DNA from: a virus
IMG/VR virus record: IMGVR_UViG_3300025466_000014
Direction: 5' to 3' (one strand)
DNA length: 64,000 bases
Both the position numbers and the translations under genes were made by a program. Below the pieces are notes generated by a model. That model was given only the letters and a program-made list of their open reading frames with translations. It did no database searches and was not told the DNA's origin. This document shows, piece after piece, positions 1 through 9,170 of this stretch. Numbering within the stretch: the stretch's first letter is position 1; each line of letters opens with the position of its first letter.

Positions 1-282
1 TCATCAGTTTCAGACTATAAGGCAGACGCTCGCAAAAAGGGCTCCTACTTAGAGTATTGCAACCAGTTTTACTATGCAATGCCGGAACCAGTTTATCTAA
101 AGGTTGTGGAGACAATAACCGAAGGTATTGGTGTTTTTATAATGAGTGAAGACGGTACCAAACTTCGTAAAGTTACGCCTGCAAAGAATAGGGAACTAAA
201 AAATGAAGTCAAGCTCAGCCTCGCAATACGAGCAGCATTCAGAAACGCCCCAGACACGACAAGAAAAAACAAACGAATCTGA
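1..282 (+). CDS. Partial (5' truncated) MmcB/DUF2052-like PD-(D/E)XK nuclease
   Basis: Frame 1 is open from base 1: SSVSDYKADARKKGSYLEYCNQFYYAMPE..., resembling the MmcB-family motif (EVK)SSxxDFxxDxKWxxYLxYCDxFYFA. The ORF track only shows the part from ATG 79. Confidence 0.5.
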   Translation, partial: SSVSDYKADARKKGSYLEYCNQFYYAMPEPVYLKVVETITEGIGVFIMSEDGTKLRKVTPAKNRELKNEVKLSLAIRAAFRNAPDTTRKNKRI

Positions 283-402
283 ACTAAAAAAGACTAAACA
301 AGCCAGGAAGACAAAGTTGCGTAATATTAGGGCAAAAGAAGAACTAGACATGCTCTCTCCTAATAATAGCGTCGAGCCCCATTATCCACCAGGAGATTCT
401 CA

Positions 403-2166
403 ATGTTTACCAAGGATCACGTCACTTCAGTGACTGCTAGCGGCATCCGCACTAAGAAAAACACGCTGTTAGCAGACACAATAGGCACCTCAGGAGTCTC
501 TGCCTCCGCGTTTACTGGCGGGCAGTATAACTACTTTATGTCTGGGTTGTTGCCTGCAACACCCGATCTTCCAGACTCGACGGCGCTTGCGTATTTTTAT
601 CGTGATATCTACTTGCACGACAACGTTGGTGGCTCTTGCGTAGACATTCAATCTACCTTCCCGTTTTCGGATTGGGAACTGCGCGGCTTGGAAGACAAAG
701 ACTTAGAAATCTTTAATAACGCCCTAACCCGCCTCAATATGTTGGAGATGCTACCGCGCATTTCTATGGCTTACATGGTTGACGGTTTCTACACAGGTTC
801 TCTTATTGTTGATCCTAAAGTTAAAAACTTTATGGACATCCTTACGCACGACGCCTTGCAGTGCAATCTAACCGCCTCACCATTTAACAACATTGACCCT
901 AAAATTCAGGTAACAGTTTCTGGTGAGACCATGCAGTTTATTAACAACCCTAGTGACTACGCTAGGCAATACCTGCAGACAATGCCTCCCTCTTTTGTGT
1001 CTTTGTTAAAAGAAGGCTCGTTTGTTCTTGACCCAGTAACTACTCTGTTCTTGGCACGTCGAGGTTTAACTGATCGCCCGTACCAGTCTTACTTACACCG
1101 CCTTCTCCCTATGTACTTGTTGGAAAAAACAATGTACCGAGGCACTCTGGTTGAAGCACAGCGTCGTCAACGAGCAATGACGCACTTAACGGCAGGTGAC
1201 GACATCTGGACACCTTCAGCACAAGAGCTACAACTTTTGGCTGAGCGGTTTCAACAGGCAGAGCGTGACCCCTTAGGAGGTTGGATTACTACTCGTAATT
1301 CAGTTACCGCTACAGACGTGCGCCCTGGCGGTGAGTTCTGGAAATGGACAGACATGAGCGATGTCCTAACTCCTTATAAGCTACGTGCGCTAGGCATATC
1401 GGAAGCCTTGTTGTCTGGTGACGCAAGCTACGCAGCCTCTGACAGTGCGTTTGCAGTCTTCCTTGAAACCACTCAAGGTTATCGTTCGCATTTGACCCAC
1501 TCTATCTTTTACAAAAAACTCTTCCCGCTGCTAGGTATTGCAAATGAGTTATACAAAGATAAGACTAAAAAGTCTAAAACAAACTCAATTGTAGACTTTA
1601 TCTACAACACAGTAAATCACAATAACCTCAAGCAACCTGTTTTGCATTGGCATAAAGACTTGTCCGGTAAAACCGAAGACAACCTTATGGACATGCTGGA
1701 AAAAGTTTCTGAAAAAGGTGTGCCTATTCCTCTGAAGATGTGGCTGGCGGCTGGCGGCATTGACAAAGATACCTTAATTAGAGACGCCCGTGAAGATAAG
1801 GAACTGAGGAAAGAACTAGGCGTAGCCGAAAATTCTCCGCAGGACGTCGAGGATGAAGGTCACGATCAGACGCAGGAAGATAGCGACGATATAAATAACG
1901 AAAAGGTTACGTCGGCATCCGCTAATTCTTCTTGGGCAGCGGGTGGCTTTAGGAAAAAGTCTATACTAGACCGTACCTTTGACGGTGAATTCTACAACAT
2001 AGGTAAAACCGGTAAAAAAGAGCATGTGCTTAATAGCAATGCCAAGATAAAAGATCAAAATTGGCAGATAGCTAAACTTGCTGCTAAGTTTAAAAATCCT
2101 GAGGTGCGCGAACGTGCTCGTCGTTTAAACTTGAAAACTCTTGGAATTGACAGACTTGCGCTTTAA
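403..2166 (+). CDS. Probable portal protein
   Basis: 587 aa with AGGAG RBS at 391. Helical portal-like segments (FYRDIY...VDIQSTFPFSDWEL; KLRALGISEALLSGDASYA) and an acidic C-terminal linker. Lies at the head of the structural module. Confidence 0.6.
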   Translation: MFTKDHVTSVTASGIRTKKNTLLADTIGTSGVSASAFTGGQYNYFMSGLLPATPDLPDSTALAYFYRDIYLHDNVGGSCVDIQSTFPFSDWELRGLEDKDLEIFNNALTRLNMLEMLPRISMAYMVDGFYTGSLIVDPKVKNFMDILTHDALQCNLTASPFNNIDPKIQVTVSGETMQFINNPSDYARQYLQTMPPSFVSLLKEGSFVLDPVTTLFLARRGLTDRPYQSYLHRLLPMYLLEKTMYRGTLVEAQRRQRAMTHLTAGDDIWTPSAQELQLLAERFQQAERDPLGGWITTRNSVTATDVRPGGEFWKWTDMSDVLTPYKLRALGISEALLSGDASYAASDSAFAVFLETTQGYRSHLTHSIFYKKLFPLLGIANELYKDKTKKSKTNSIVDFIYNTVNHNNLKQPVLHWHKDLSGKTEDNLMDMLEKVSEKGVPIPLKMWLAAGGIDKDTLIRDAREDKELRKELGVAENSPQDVEDEGHDQTQEDSDDINNEKVTSASANSSWAAGGFRKKSILDRTFDGEFYNIGKTGKKEHVLNSNAKIKDQNWQIAKLAAKFKNPEVRERARRLNLKTLGIDRLAL

Positions 2167-2200
2167 TTTAATGGCAATACTAAAAAGGACATAAAAAGAA

Positions 2201-3085
2201 ATGCTTAAACCTATTTACCTAGCTGCTAGTGCTAGACTTAAGGCTAGTGCCGTTTCTACTTCTTTGGCAGGTTGCCTGCAAAGAATTGCCAAGACAGTTG
2301 ACCCAGTTCACGCTAAAGACAAAACTGCACCGGCGCTTGGCCCTAACATTTGCCATGGTGCTGTTGCGCTGGCAATTAAAAAACGAGGAAACCCAGAGGA
2401 CCTTATCTGGTTTTATGGTGTGCGCTTTAAAGATCAGCCTCAAGTAGAACACTCCGTTTTGACTAACGAAGACCATGAGGTTATCGCAGACACATTTAAA
2501 AAGAACGGAAAGTTTCTGGGTACTAAAGGCTACTTTCGTAATGTGCCTGGTGCTGACGTAACAGATACTTTTTTAGCCGTTGTTCCTGTGTCAGAGCTTT
2601 ACGACGACTACATGAGCTACGAGATTAACTCTGCAGTTAGCGACAAGGTAGAGAAAAAAGACAAACAGCGCAATAAAGAAAATATAGATAGGCAACTTGA
2701 AACCAACAAAGAGCGACAGGACACTCTGCGTGATAGTAAAAAGACAATGGACCCAGCACAAAAATTGCAAGTTGACGAGCAGGTTAACGGGTTACAACAC
2801 CAAGCAATAGAACTAAAGAAACGTAAAAGCGAGGCAAGTATGTATTCCTATCTTCTTAATGCGCGCATTAAGCCCGAATCAGATTATCAGTTCTTTACCT
2901 ACAAGGCTGCCAAGCCTGTAGTCGTTAATTTTCGCGGCAATCCAATTGTGATTGACAAGGGTACAAAATTTGGTGTTCGCAAGTCTAGTAACGGTAAACA
3001 CATTAGACTAATTCGCCCAAATGAACCCACTCGTGTTATTACAATTGATTTGAAGACTGCCGAAGACCTTGCAAAAGGTGTATAA
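2201..3085 (+). CDS. Hypothetical, possibly virion/head-associated multidomain protein
   Basis: 294 aa ORF with AAGGA RBS: N-terminal globular domain, central coiled coil, basic beta-rich C-terminal domain. Confidence 0.5.
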   Translation: MLKPIYLAASARLKASAVSTSLAGCLQRIAKTVDPVHAKDKTAPALGPNICHGAVALAIKKRGNPEDLIWFYGVRFKDQPQVEHSVLTNEDHEVIADTFKKNGKFLGTKGYFRNVPGADVTDTFLAVVPVSELYDDYMSYEINSAVSDKVEKKDKQRNKENIDRQLETNKERQDTLRDSKKTMDPAQKLQVDEQVNGLQHQAIELKKRKSEASMYSYLLNARIKPESDYQFFTYKAAKPVVVNFRGNPIVIDKGTKFGVRKSSNGKHIRLIRPNEPTRVITIDLKTAEDLAKGV

Positions 3086-3086
3086 A

Positions 3087-3500
3087 ATGATACTAGGAAT
3101 ATACTACGACAAACTTACATCGTCTATTGCTGCTCAGATTGTACGCGACCTATTGGCTGTATCTAGGGAATACGAATTCTCTGTTTTGGATACAGGCGGC
3201 AAGTTTGAAAAGTCTTTGCTACAAGAGTTAGGTATTCCTTTTGCGGAGACAGGTAAACCTGAACTAGCAGTTGTCTATAAAGAGGGCGAGGCATGGCCTG
3301 CTTACCCTGAAGACACGACCCTTGTTAAACGGGACCTGATGATCTCAAAAAAGAAACAGACGCTTTCAACTGAGAATAAAATAGGCTACTTTTTAAAACC
3401 ACAAGGACGCGTTGGTCCTAATTTAACAGAGCGTTACCTTAACAGAGCCTATCCTAAAGGTAAAGGTTTTATTGATCCTGCTCTGTACTGGATGTACTGA
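3087..3500 (+). CDS. Hypothetical protein
   Basis: ORF abuts the previous stop. ATG 3087 preferred over TTG 3069. No recognised motif. Confidence 0.55.
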   Translation: MILGIYYDKLTSSIAAQIVRDLLAVSREYEFSVLDTGGKFEKSLLQELGIPFAETGKPELAVVYKEGEAWPAYPEDTTLVKRDLMISKKKQTLSTENKIGYFLKPQGRVGPNLTERYLNRAYPKGKGFIDPALYWMY

Positions 3501-3516
3501 ATTTTCCTTTCATTAT

Positions 3517-3572
3517 CCTGGAGAGGTTAGCCGCCCTTCAAGGTTCAAGCCTCGGCTATTCTAATCTCCAGG
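3517..3572 (+). promoter_or_regulatory. Intergenic stem-loop upstream of the gp54-like gene
   Basis: CCTGGAGA (3517-3524) pairs with TCTCCAGG (3565-3572); TAGCCG (3528-3533) pairs with CGGCTA (3553-3558). Confidence 0.5.
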
Positions 3573-3591
3573 TACTCTTCTAGGTACCACT

Positions 3592-4446
3592 ATGGATTCA
3601 TTCTTTGACATAGCCGGCAAGGTCGGCGCGTTACAGACTTCATTAGGGCAGGCCATAGGGTCTGCCCAGTCTAGCGTTTTAGGTGAGACAAAAGCCTACA
3701 TAAACAGCACCATTAAAGGTCTCCTTAATGGCAATGGGCTGCTTAACCCTAATACTACTCCAGGTGTAGGCTTAGGCGACTCATTTGCGGGTATGAACGC
3801 CCGCGGTGACGCGGTACAGAACATAAATTGGTGGTGTGTTTTACCTACAGTGGGTGATGTTGGCTTTTCAGGTGGAAACCCAGTAGACCTACCTTGGTAT
3901 TATGTTCAAACGTCTAACCTCCCGGCAATGGAGGTTACTATGAACCCAATAACTAGGAACGGTAAGCAGATTTATTTTCCTAATTATTACTCGGTACCTG
4001 ATTTAAATTTAGTCCTTTTTATGGACGATAAAAACGCGGCTTTAAAATGGTACCAAGCTTGGCGTAATATGGTAGTTAGTCAGGGTAGTTCCTACAATCC
4101 TAACTCTCAGGGTAAGTGGGGTAGGCCAGGTGATTATAAAAAGAACATAAATTTTGTTCTTTATTCGTACTCTAACGGTATGAAGAACAATCTCATAAAC
4201 ATTAAATATATAAACTGCACCCCAGGCCAGCAAACTTCCTTTAGTGAATTGAGTTCTAACAACCCAGAAGTCATGACACTAACAGTAGGTTTGAAAGTTG
4301 AAGATATCGAAATTACAGTAGTTAACGCACCAGAATTAACAAACGCACTAACAAGTTCAGGTGACGTTGGCGTTATAGGCAAAATAACTTCAGGCATACA
4401 GAGTGCGGCAACCAACGTGTTAAACCAGATCCCTTTCCAGTTCTAA
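3592..4446 (+). CDS. Tail tube-like / baseplate tail-tube initiator (T4 gp19/gp54-like fold)
   Basis: YYVQTSNLPAMEV...NGKQIYFP...DLNLVLFMDD...KWYQAWRNMV...KKNINF pattern is typical of tube-fold proteins. G/S-rich low-complexity termini. Confidence 0.6.
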   Translation: MDSFFDIAGKVGALQTSLGQAIGSAQSSVLGETKAYINSTIKGLLNGNGLLNPNTTPGVGLGDSFAGMNARGDAVQNINWWCVLPTVGDVGFSGGNPVDLPWYYVQTSNLPAMEVTMNPITRNGKQIYFPNYYSVPDLNLVLFMDDKNAALKWYQAWRNMVVSQGSSYNPNSQGKWGRPGDYKKNINFVLYSYSNGMKNNLINIKYINCTPGQQTSFSELSSNNPEVMTLTVGLKVEDIEITVVNAPELTNALTSSGDVGVIGKITSGIQSAATNVLNQIPFQF

Positions 4447-4460
4447 ACTAATCAACTACC

Positions 4461-5471
4461 ATGCCCAGTATAGTAAACCAAACCGAAACCAAACCGTTTC
4501 CTGCAGAAATGCGCGACATAATAGATCAAAAGTTGCGTGAGACTGTAGGTGACAGGCCAAAAATAGAGTCTGTACGTCCCGAAAGGCAACAACGTCCTTT
4601 GCCAATCGTGCAAACTGACCCGGCGTCTATTGTGCCCCCTAAGGCTACAAAAACAGAGGCACCAGAAAATACGGTGCCAAATAATGCTCCTCTACCTACG
4701 CCAGTTTCAACTGTTGACGGCATCTCTTTGGATTTACCTTCAAAATTTGCCTATTACGACTTTAAAGACTTATACATTAAACCTTTTACTGTCAAACATT
4801 TGTCCAAACTGGCAAGGTCTCAGCAGGAAGCATCTTTGCAGATGTTGGTGGAAGTAGTTAGCACCGTTTTGTCTACGCCTAATGGCGATACAGACATTGG
4901 CTTTAAACTCTCTACTGCGGATTTTACGGCTGTTTTGTATTGGTTGCGAATGAACTCGTTTGCTAAGCCGCAAATGCGCTATCGTTGGATATGCCAGCAT
5001 GACGAGCACATTGACCAAGTCAAACTGGGAGCACTGTCTCCTAAGAGCTTGGAGAACATTCTGGTATACAAAGAGTCTGATATTAAGGTTATTCATTTAG
5101 ACCATAAGCCAGACGAAGAGAAGTACACTTTGTATTTTGATAATCGTCCTCCGGTGAGACTAGTGCCTGAGAATATGTTAAACACGATTCAATTTTTGGA
5201 CGACCCTGAACAGCGTTGGGACAGTGCAGATTTCCAATTTAGTGCAAAACTGGCTGCACACCTGGATTTGCCTTTAACGTTAAACGAAAAGATTCTCTTT
5301 GTTGAGAACGAGCTAGCTATGGACCATGTGCCGCTAATTAAAGAGTTTTCAGCTCTTATTGACGGTTATGGAATTAAAGAAACAGTAACATCAAAATGTA
5401 AGGAGTGTGGCGTGTCACAGCAGGTTCCCCTGACTGTTGACACGTCCTGTTTTCTTTCCCCTGAGTTCTGA
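4461..5471 (+). CDS. Baseplate hub assembly / tail assembly chaperone (T4 gp26-like)
   Basis: LPSKFAYY...IKPFTVK, DFTAVLYWLRMNSF, CQH...CKECG metal-binding motif. Sits upstream of the tape-measure-like gene. Confidence 0.6.
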   Translation: MPSIVNQTETKPFPAEMRDIIDQKLRETVGDRPKIESVRPERQQRPLPIVQTDPASIVPPKATKTEAPENTVPNNAPLPTPVSTVDGISLDLPSKFAYYDFKDLYIKPFTVKHLSKLARSQQEASLQMLVEVVSTVLSTPNGDTDIGFKLSTADFTAVLYWLRMNSFAKPQMRYRWICQHDEHIDQVKLGALSPKSLENILVYKESDIKVIHLDHKPDEEKYTLYFDNRPPVRLVPENMLNTIQFLDDPEQRWDSADFQFSAKLAAHLDLPLTLNEKILFVENELAMDHVPLIKEFSALIDGYGIKETVTSKCKECGVSQQVPLTVDTSCFLSPEF

Positions 5472-5634
5472 GGCTGAGATTGTAGACCGACAAACCCGAA
5501 TAGCTCAAGAATTTCATATTTGGGACGAAAACATGCTTAGTTCAACTTTCTTTTATATGTCTAATAAAGTTGTCTCTATCTGGGAAGATAAAGTTAAGGC
5601 ACATAAGGAAGGTCAAATTTACATAGGCGGTTAA
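5437..5634 (+). CDS. Small gp51-like / chaperone T-domain ORF (possibly expressed by frameshift)
   Basis: 65 aa +1-frame ORF overlapping the end of the gp26-like gene. No ATG or RBS at its 5' end. Position is typical of gp51 or the TAC T domain. Confidence 0.45.
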   Translation: MTRPVFFPLSSEAEIVDRQTRIAQEFHIWDENMLSSTFFYMSNKVVSIWEDKVKAHKEGQIYIGG

Positions 5635-5645
5635 ACCCGATAAAA

Positions 5646-7544
5646 ATGGCATACGATCCAAGAGACCAAGCTAAAAAAGCTAGACAGGCTTACAACGATG
5701 TAAGCAGTGTTCCTTTATTAAACCTTCAGGACATTGTTAAAAATTCTAGGCAACTCTTGGGTGCCAAGGCACTTGCTAACTCTAAAAAAGGCCTAAAGCT
5801 TTCAAAACAAGCAGAAAAGCTTGCCAAAGAGCAGGCAGTTTTAGACGCCAAACGTCTAGCCGTTGAAGAGACTAATCTTAAAAAGCATCAGCAAGAAATT
5901 GCAGAACAACAAAAAGCCATTGAGGACGATAAAAAAGCGGCTGCTGAAAAGATTAGAATTGAAAAGGTTAAAAACAAACTCTTGACAGCCAAGAAGCTTA
6001 AGGCTCTGCGTGATGCCAAGAAGGTAAAAACGGACGAAAAAGATGTTAAAGCTTTAGACCTGATAAACAAAACAGAAGGTAAAGAGCAAACGCAACATCC
6101 CTTAATGGTCAAGGCAAGAGACGCTCTTTTTTCTGCTGAAAAGAAAATTGAAAAGGCTGAGCTGCTTAACCTAATTTCACCTAAGGTACTGCGAGACATC
6201 CAAGCTGATTACCAGGTTGCTGAATCCGGCATTAACCTTTTCGACGTTAAGCTAAAGCTACAACAACAGGAATACAAAAAGCGATTAGAAGCAATTAGTC
6301 ACTGGCTAAAACAAAAAGCTAAGGTTGTTGTATCAAACAAATTTGGAAAAAGCAAGGAAGAAAGTTTTGGCTCTAGGGCATACAAGTTTTTAGGTGGTAA
6401 GGCTAGCACCGCAAATGAATGGTGGAAAGACGCCAAATCAAAAGTGTCTAGCGGTATCACCAGCGGAGTTACTGCTCTTAAATCAGGCTATGAGAATTCT
6501 CCTAGGGCAGTTGCGGCTGTTGCCAAGGCAGAACAAGTAGCAAGGTTCTTTGGTAATATGGGTCAAGATACTTTTAGATGGCTTACTAAAAAGGTAAGTA
6601 GCATCTCCGGTATGCTAATGAACTATATCCGTAAACCTTTTGCGGCTGTAGGTAATGCTGGATTTGGGGAGCTCTTCGGTATAGCTGCCCTTATACCAAC
6701 TCTAATTGGGCCTATCTTAAGTGGCCTTAACGACTTCTTAGACAAGACTTTTGGGGAAAAATGGTTTAGTACCTTAATGAAGACTATGTGGGAAAAGTCC
6801 TGGTCTTTTATTAAAGATACTGTTGCTGGCTGGTTAGGTCTAAACACTGAAGATCAAAGAAAGGCTAAAGAAGAGCAGTCCAATGTAGATACTGCAACGG
6901 CAGATTTACGTGGTGCTAAGGCTTCCTTCTCACGTCCTTACGAGGATATTAAAGTTGCAGCAGATAAAAGAGATGCGTCTATTGATGTAATACAGAAACG
7001 AGTAGACGCTAATCCAAGTGCAGCTTTAGCAGCGGGTATCGATTCAGTTCCCGCAAAGAGCAAACTTGGTTCTAGGTCACCGCAATCAGAAAAATTAGAC
7101 ATCTTAACTTCTAGGTATGACAGCGGAAATCCTCTAAATTGGTTTACGGCTAATAGTACCCTAGACGACCAGGTACAAGACCTCTTAAAGACGGCGCCTC
7201 CAGGAAGTATTGACCCTAGGTCAGCAGACAGGTTTAATGCTTTAGGTAGAGCTATTAAGGTCAGCCCCTACTATGTTGCTGGTGCAGTTTCTTGGACTTC
7301 GCCTAAATTTGCTGGTAGCACAGGACGCGGCGCGATAAGCGCACCTAACCCTGCTCCATACAATGCTACAGGCTCGGTAATGACTGAAAAGTCAAAAGAA
7401 ACGCCTAGTGCAGGCCCTGGCCCCGCCTCTGTGGGTAGGCCAGGCAACGGCTCTGTGGGTACAGGCGCAAGCAACCGGCTTGTTCCCAATAGAGCAACGC
7501 CTGATCAATTGATAATACTTAACGCTGGTGTCTTATCAAACTAA
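5646..7544 (+). CDS. Tape-measure-like / baseplate hub protein
   Basis: 632 aa: K/E/A-rich coiled-coil N-terminus, amphipathic helical centre, P/G/S-rich C-terminus. Follows the chaperone pair. Confidence 0.5.
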   Translation: MAYDPRDQAKKARQAYNDVSSVPLLNLQDIVKNSRQLLGAKALANSKKGLKLSKQAEKLAKEQAVLDAKRLAVEETNLKKHQQEIAEQQKAIEDDKKAAAEKIRIEKVKNKLLTAKKLKALRDAKKVKTDEKDVKALDLINKTEGKEQTQHPLMVKARDALFSAEKKIEKAELLNLISPKVLRDIQADYQVAESGINLFDVKLKLQQQEYKKRLEAISHWLKQKAKVVVSNKFGKSKEESFGSRAYKFLGGKASTANEWWKDAKSKVSSGITSGVTALKSGYENSPRAVAAVAKAEQVARFFGNMGQDTFRWLTKKVSSISGMLMNYIRKPFAAVGNAGFGELFGIAALIPTLIGPILSGLNDFLDKTFGEKWFSTLMKTMWEKSWSFIKDTVAGWLGLNTEDQRKAKEEQSNVDTATADLRGAKASFSRPYEDIKVAADKRDASIDVIQKRVDANPSAALAAGIDSVPAKSKLGSRSPQSEKLDILTSRYDSGNPLNWFTANSTLDDQVQDLLKTAPPGSIDPRSADRFNALGRAIKVSPYYVAGAVSWTSPKFAGSTGRGAISAPNPAPYNATGSVMTEKSKETPSAGPGPASVGRPGNGSVGTGASNRLVPNRATPDQLIILNAGVLSN

Positions 7545-7545
7545 A

Positions 7546-9162
7546 ATGAACATCCTATCGTTTGTTGACCAAAAACGCAAAGGGCTGGCAGCTACTGCGG
7601 GGGATGCGGTATTAGAAGCATCTAACGTAGCCCTTCACGGAATGGCCTACTCAATAGCAGACGCAATTGAACACGGCAATACAATTAAGTCGCGCAGAGT
7701 CCTTAAAACTTCTTTGGACAAACTAAACACGGTTGTTACCAAGGTTCTTTACGATAAAAAACTATCTTCTAATAAGTTAGACACAGAAGAAGACGATCTG
7801 TTTAGTACCGTAGGAAATGCTCTTAAAGAAGGCGTAGTGGGTTTAGTGTCTTCTGTTGGCAAAGGTCTGATTAAGATGGTAGGTTACGCAATTGAGTATG
7901 CAGTCATACCAGCCTTTACCTTTTTCACTTCTGCCGCAGCCGCCGTAGTAGGTTTGCTTGTTAACAACCCTATGTCAGCGTTAGCTATTGGAACGGTATT
8001 AGCTACAGGAACAGCAGGCTATAAACTCTACAAGTACCTGACTAATAAAGAAGAGAGTGCCTCTCTGCCAGCAAATCCTGTAAACAAGGTTACTGCCGAA
8101 ATTCGTACCAAGGGAGTTGCTGACCAAGGCGAAATTAAGTCTACGCTTAAGGACAAAGACGTTGCAAGGATTAAAAATTGGGAAACTAAACTAGGTCTCG
8201 CTAGTAAAGAAAAGGCACATAATCTGCAACCAGGTATACTTGCTGCGGTTATGGCGCAAGAGTCAAATGGTAACCCCAATGCTGAATCTAAGGCTGGCGC
8301 AAAGGGGCTATTTCAGTTGATGCCTGTTGCCGTAAAAGAACTTAAGAACAAAGGTTTAACTGTCGACCCTCTTAACCCAGAACAGGCGGCTGAGGGGGCC
8401 GCAGTTTTATTAAGTGATTTGGTGGCCTTTTATCAAGGTGATTACGACAAAGCTTTGGTTGCGTACAACGCTGGAAAGACTGCGCTTAATCAAGCCCTAA
8501 AAGGCAAAAGAACTCTGGCAACAGAATCTTTAGAATACGCAGGAAGAGTTAAAGGTCAATTTAGTGCCATAAACAACCAACCTTTGTCTACGGCATTAGA
8601 AACAGGGCCTATGTATCCTTTTGGTCAGTATCCGCCTGCACAAGAGCAAATAGCTACTGCGCAAACACCGCTGCCGGGCAACCTTTCACCTAGTCTTATA
8701 ATGCCTGCGGGAGGTACGTTCTCATCTCCTTTTGGGGAGCGGTTCTTGCTAGGTAAACTTGCACCGCATGACGGTATAGACATTGCTAACGCAGAAGGTT
8801 CCCCGATTTATGCTGCGGCGGCTGGTAAGGTCGTAACCTCAGGGCCTGTTAACGGATATGGTTCGCTAGTTGCCATTGACCACGGCAACATTACGACAAG
8901 GTATGGTCATACGCGCAAACAGTTTGTCAACGTAGGTGACTACGTTCCTCAAGGTAAGGTAATTGCTGAGATGGGAAATTTAGGTAAGTCTACTGGCCCT
9001 CATTTGCATTTTGAAGTACGTGATAAAAGTGGCGTAGCAATTGACCCTGCTAGTTATTTACCTGACCTTCCGTCTTCTAAAGGTCAGCCTTTAAAATATT
9101 CAATGCCTGACCTCAGTTCGATTGTTATAAATCGTAATGGTCAACCGTTAATCCTAAATTAG
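7546..9162 (+). CDS. Tail-associated peptidoglycan hydrolase: lytic transglycosylase (SLT) + M23 peptidase
   Basis: SLT motifs AQESNGNPNAESKAGAKGLFQLMP and AYNAG. M23 motifs HDGID, YGH, STGPHLHFE. ATG 7546 preferred over GTG 7528. Confidence 0.9.
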   Translation: MNILSFVDQKRKGLAATAGDAVLEASNVALHGMAYSIADAIEHGNTIKSRRVLKTSLDKLNTVVTKVLYDKKLSSNKLDTEEDDLFSTVGNALKEGVVGLVSSVGKGLIKMVGYAIEYAVIPAFTFFTSAAAAVVGLLVNNPMSALAIGTVLATGTAGYKLYKYLTNKEESASLPANPVNKVTAEIRTKGVADQGEIKSTLKDKDVARIKNWETKLGLASKEKAHNLQPGILAAVMAQESNGNPNAESKAGAKGLFQLMPVAVKELKNKGLTVDPLNPEQAAEGAAVLLSDLVAFYQGDYDKALVAYNAGKTALNQALKGKRTLATESLEYAGRVKGQFSAINNQPLSTALETGPMYPFGQYPPAQEQIATAQTPLPGNLSPSLIMPAGGTFSSPFGERFLLGKLAPHDGIDIANAEGSPIYAAAAGKVVTSGPVNGYGSLVAIDHGNITTRYGHTRKQFVNVGDYVPQGKVIAEMGNLGKSTGPHLHFEVRDKSGVAIDPASYLPDLPSSKGQPLKYSMPDLSSIVINRNGQPLILN

Positions 9163-9170
9163 GAAATACA

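Noticed and set aside
203-433. 76-aa ORF bridging the nuclease and portal genes
   Set aside because: It overlaps both better-supported ORFs, and has no RBS or recognisable motif.
3517-3572. tRNA gene or attP-like tRNA 3' end (GGTTCAAGCC...CTCCA)
   Set aside because: Only ~55 nt, with no D or anticodon arm and four extra nucleotides between the T-loop and CCA. Kept only as a structured element.
7516-7546. Frameshift fusing the tape-measure-like gene to the SLT/M23 gene
   Set aside because: No slippery sequence in the overlap window, and an in-frame ATG immediately follows the stop (TAAAATG), which supports re-initiation.
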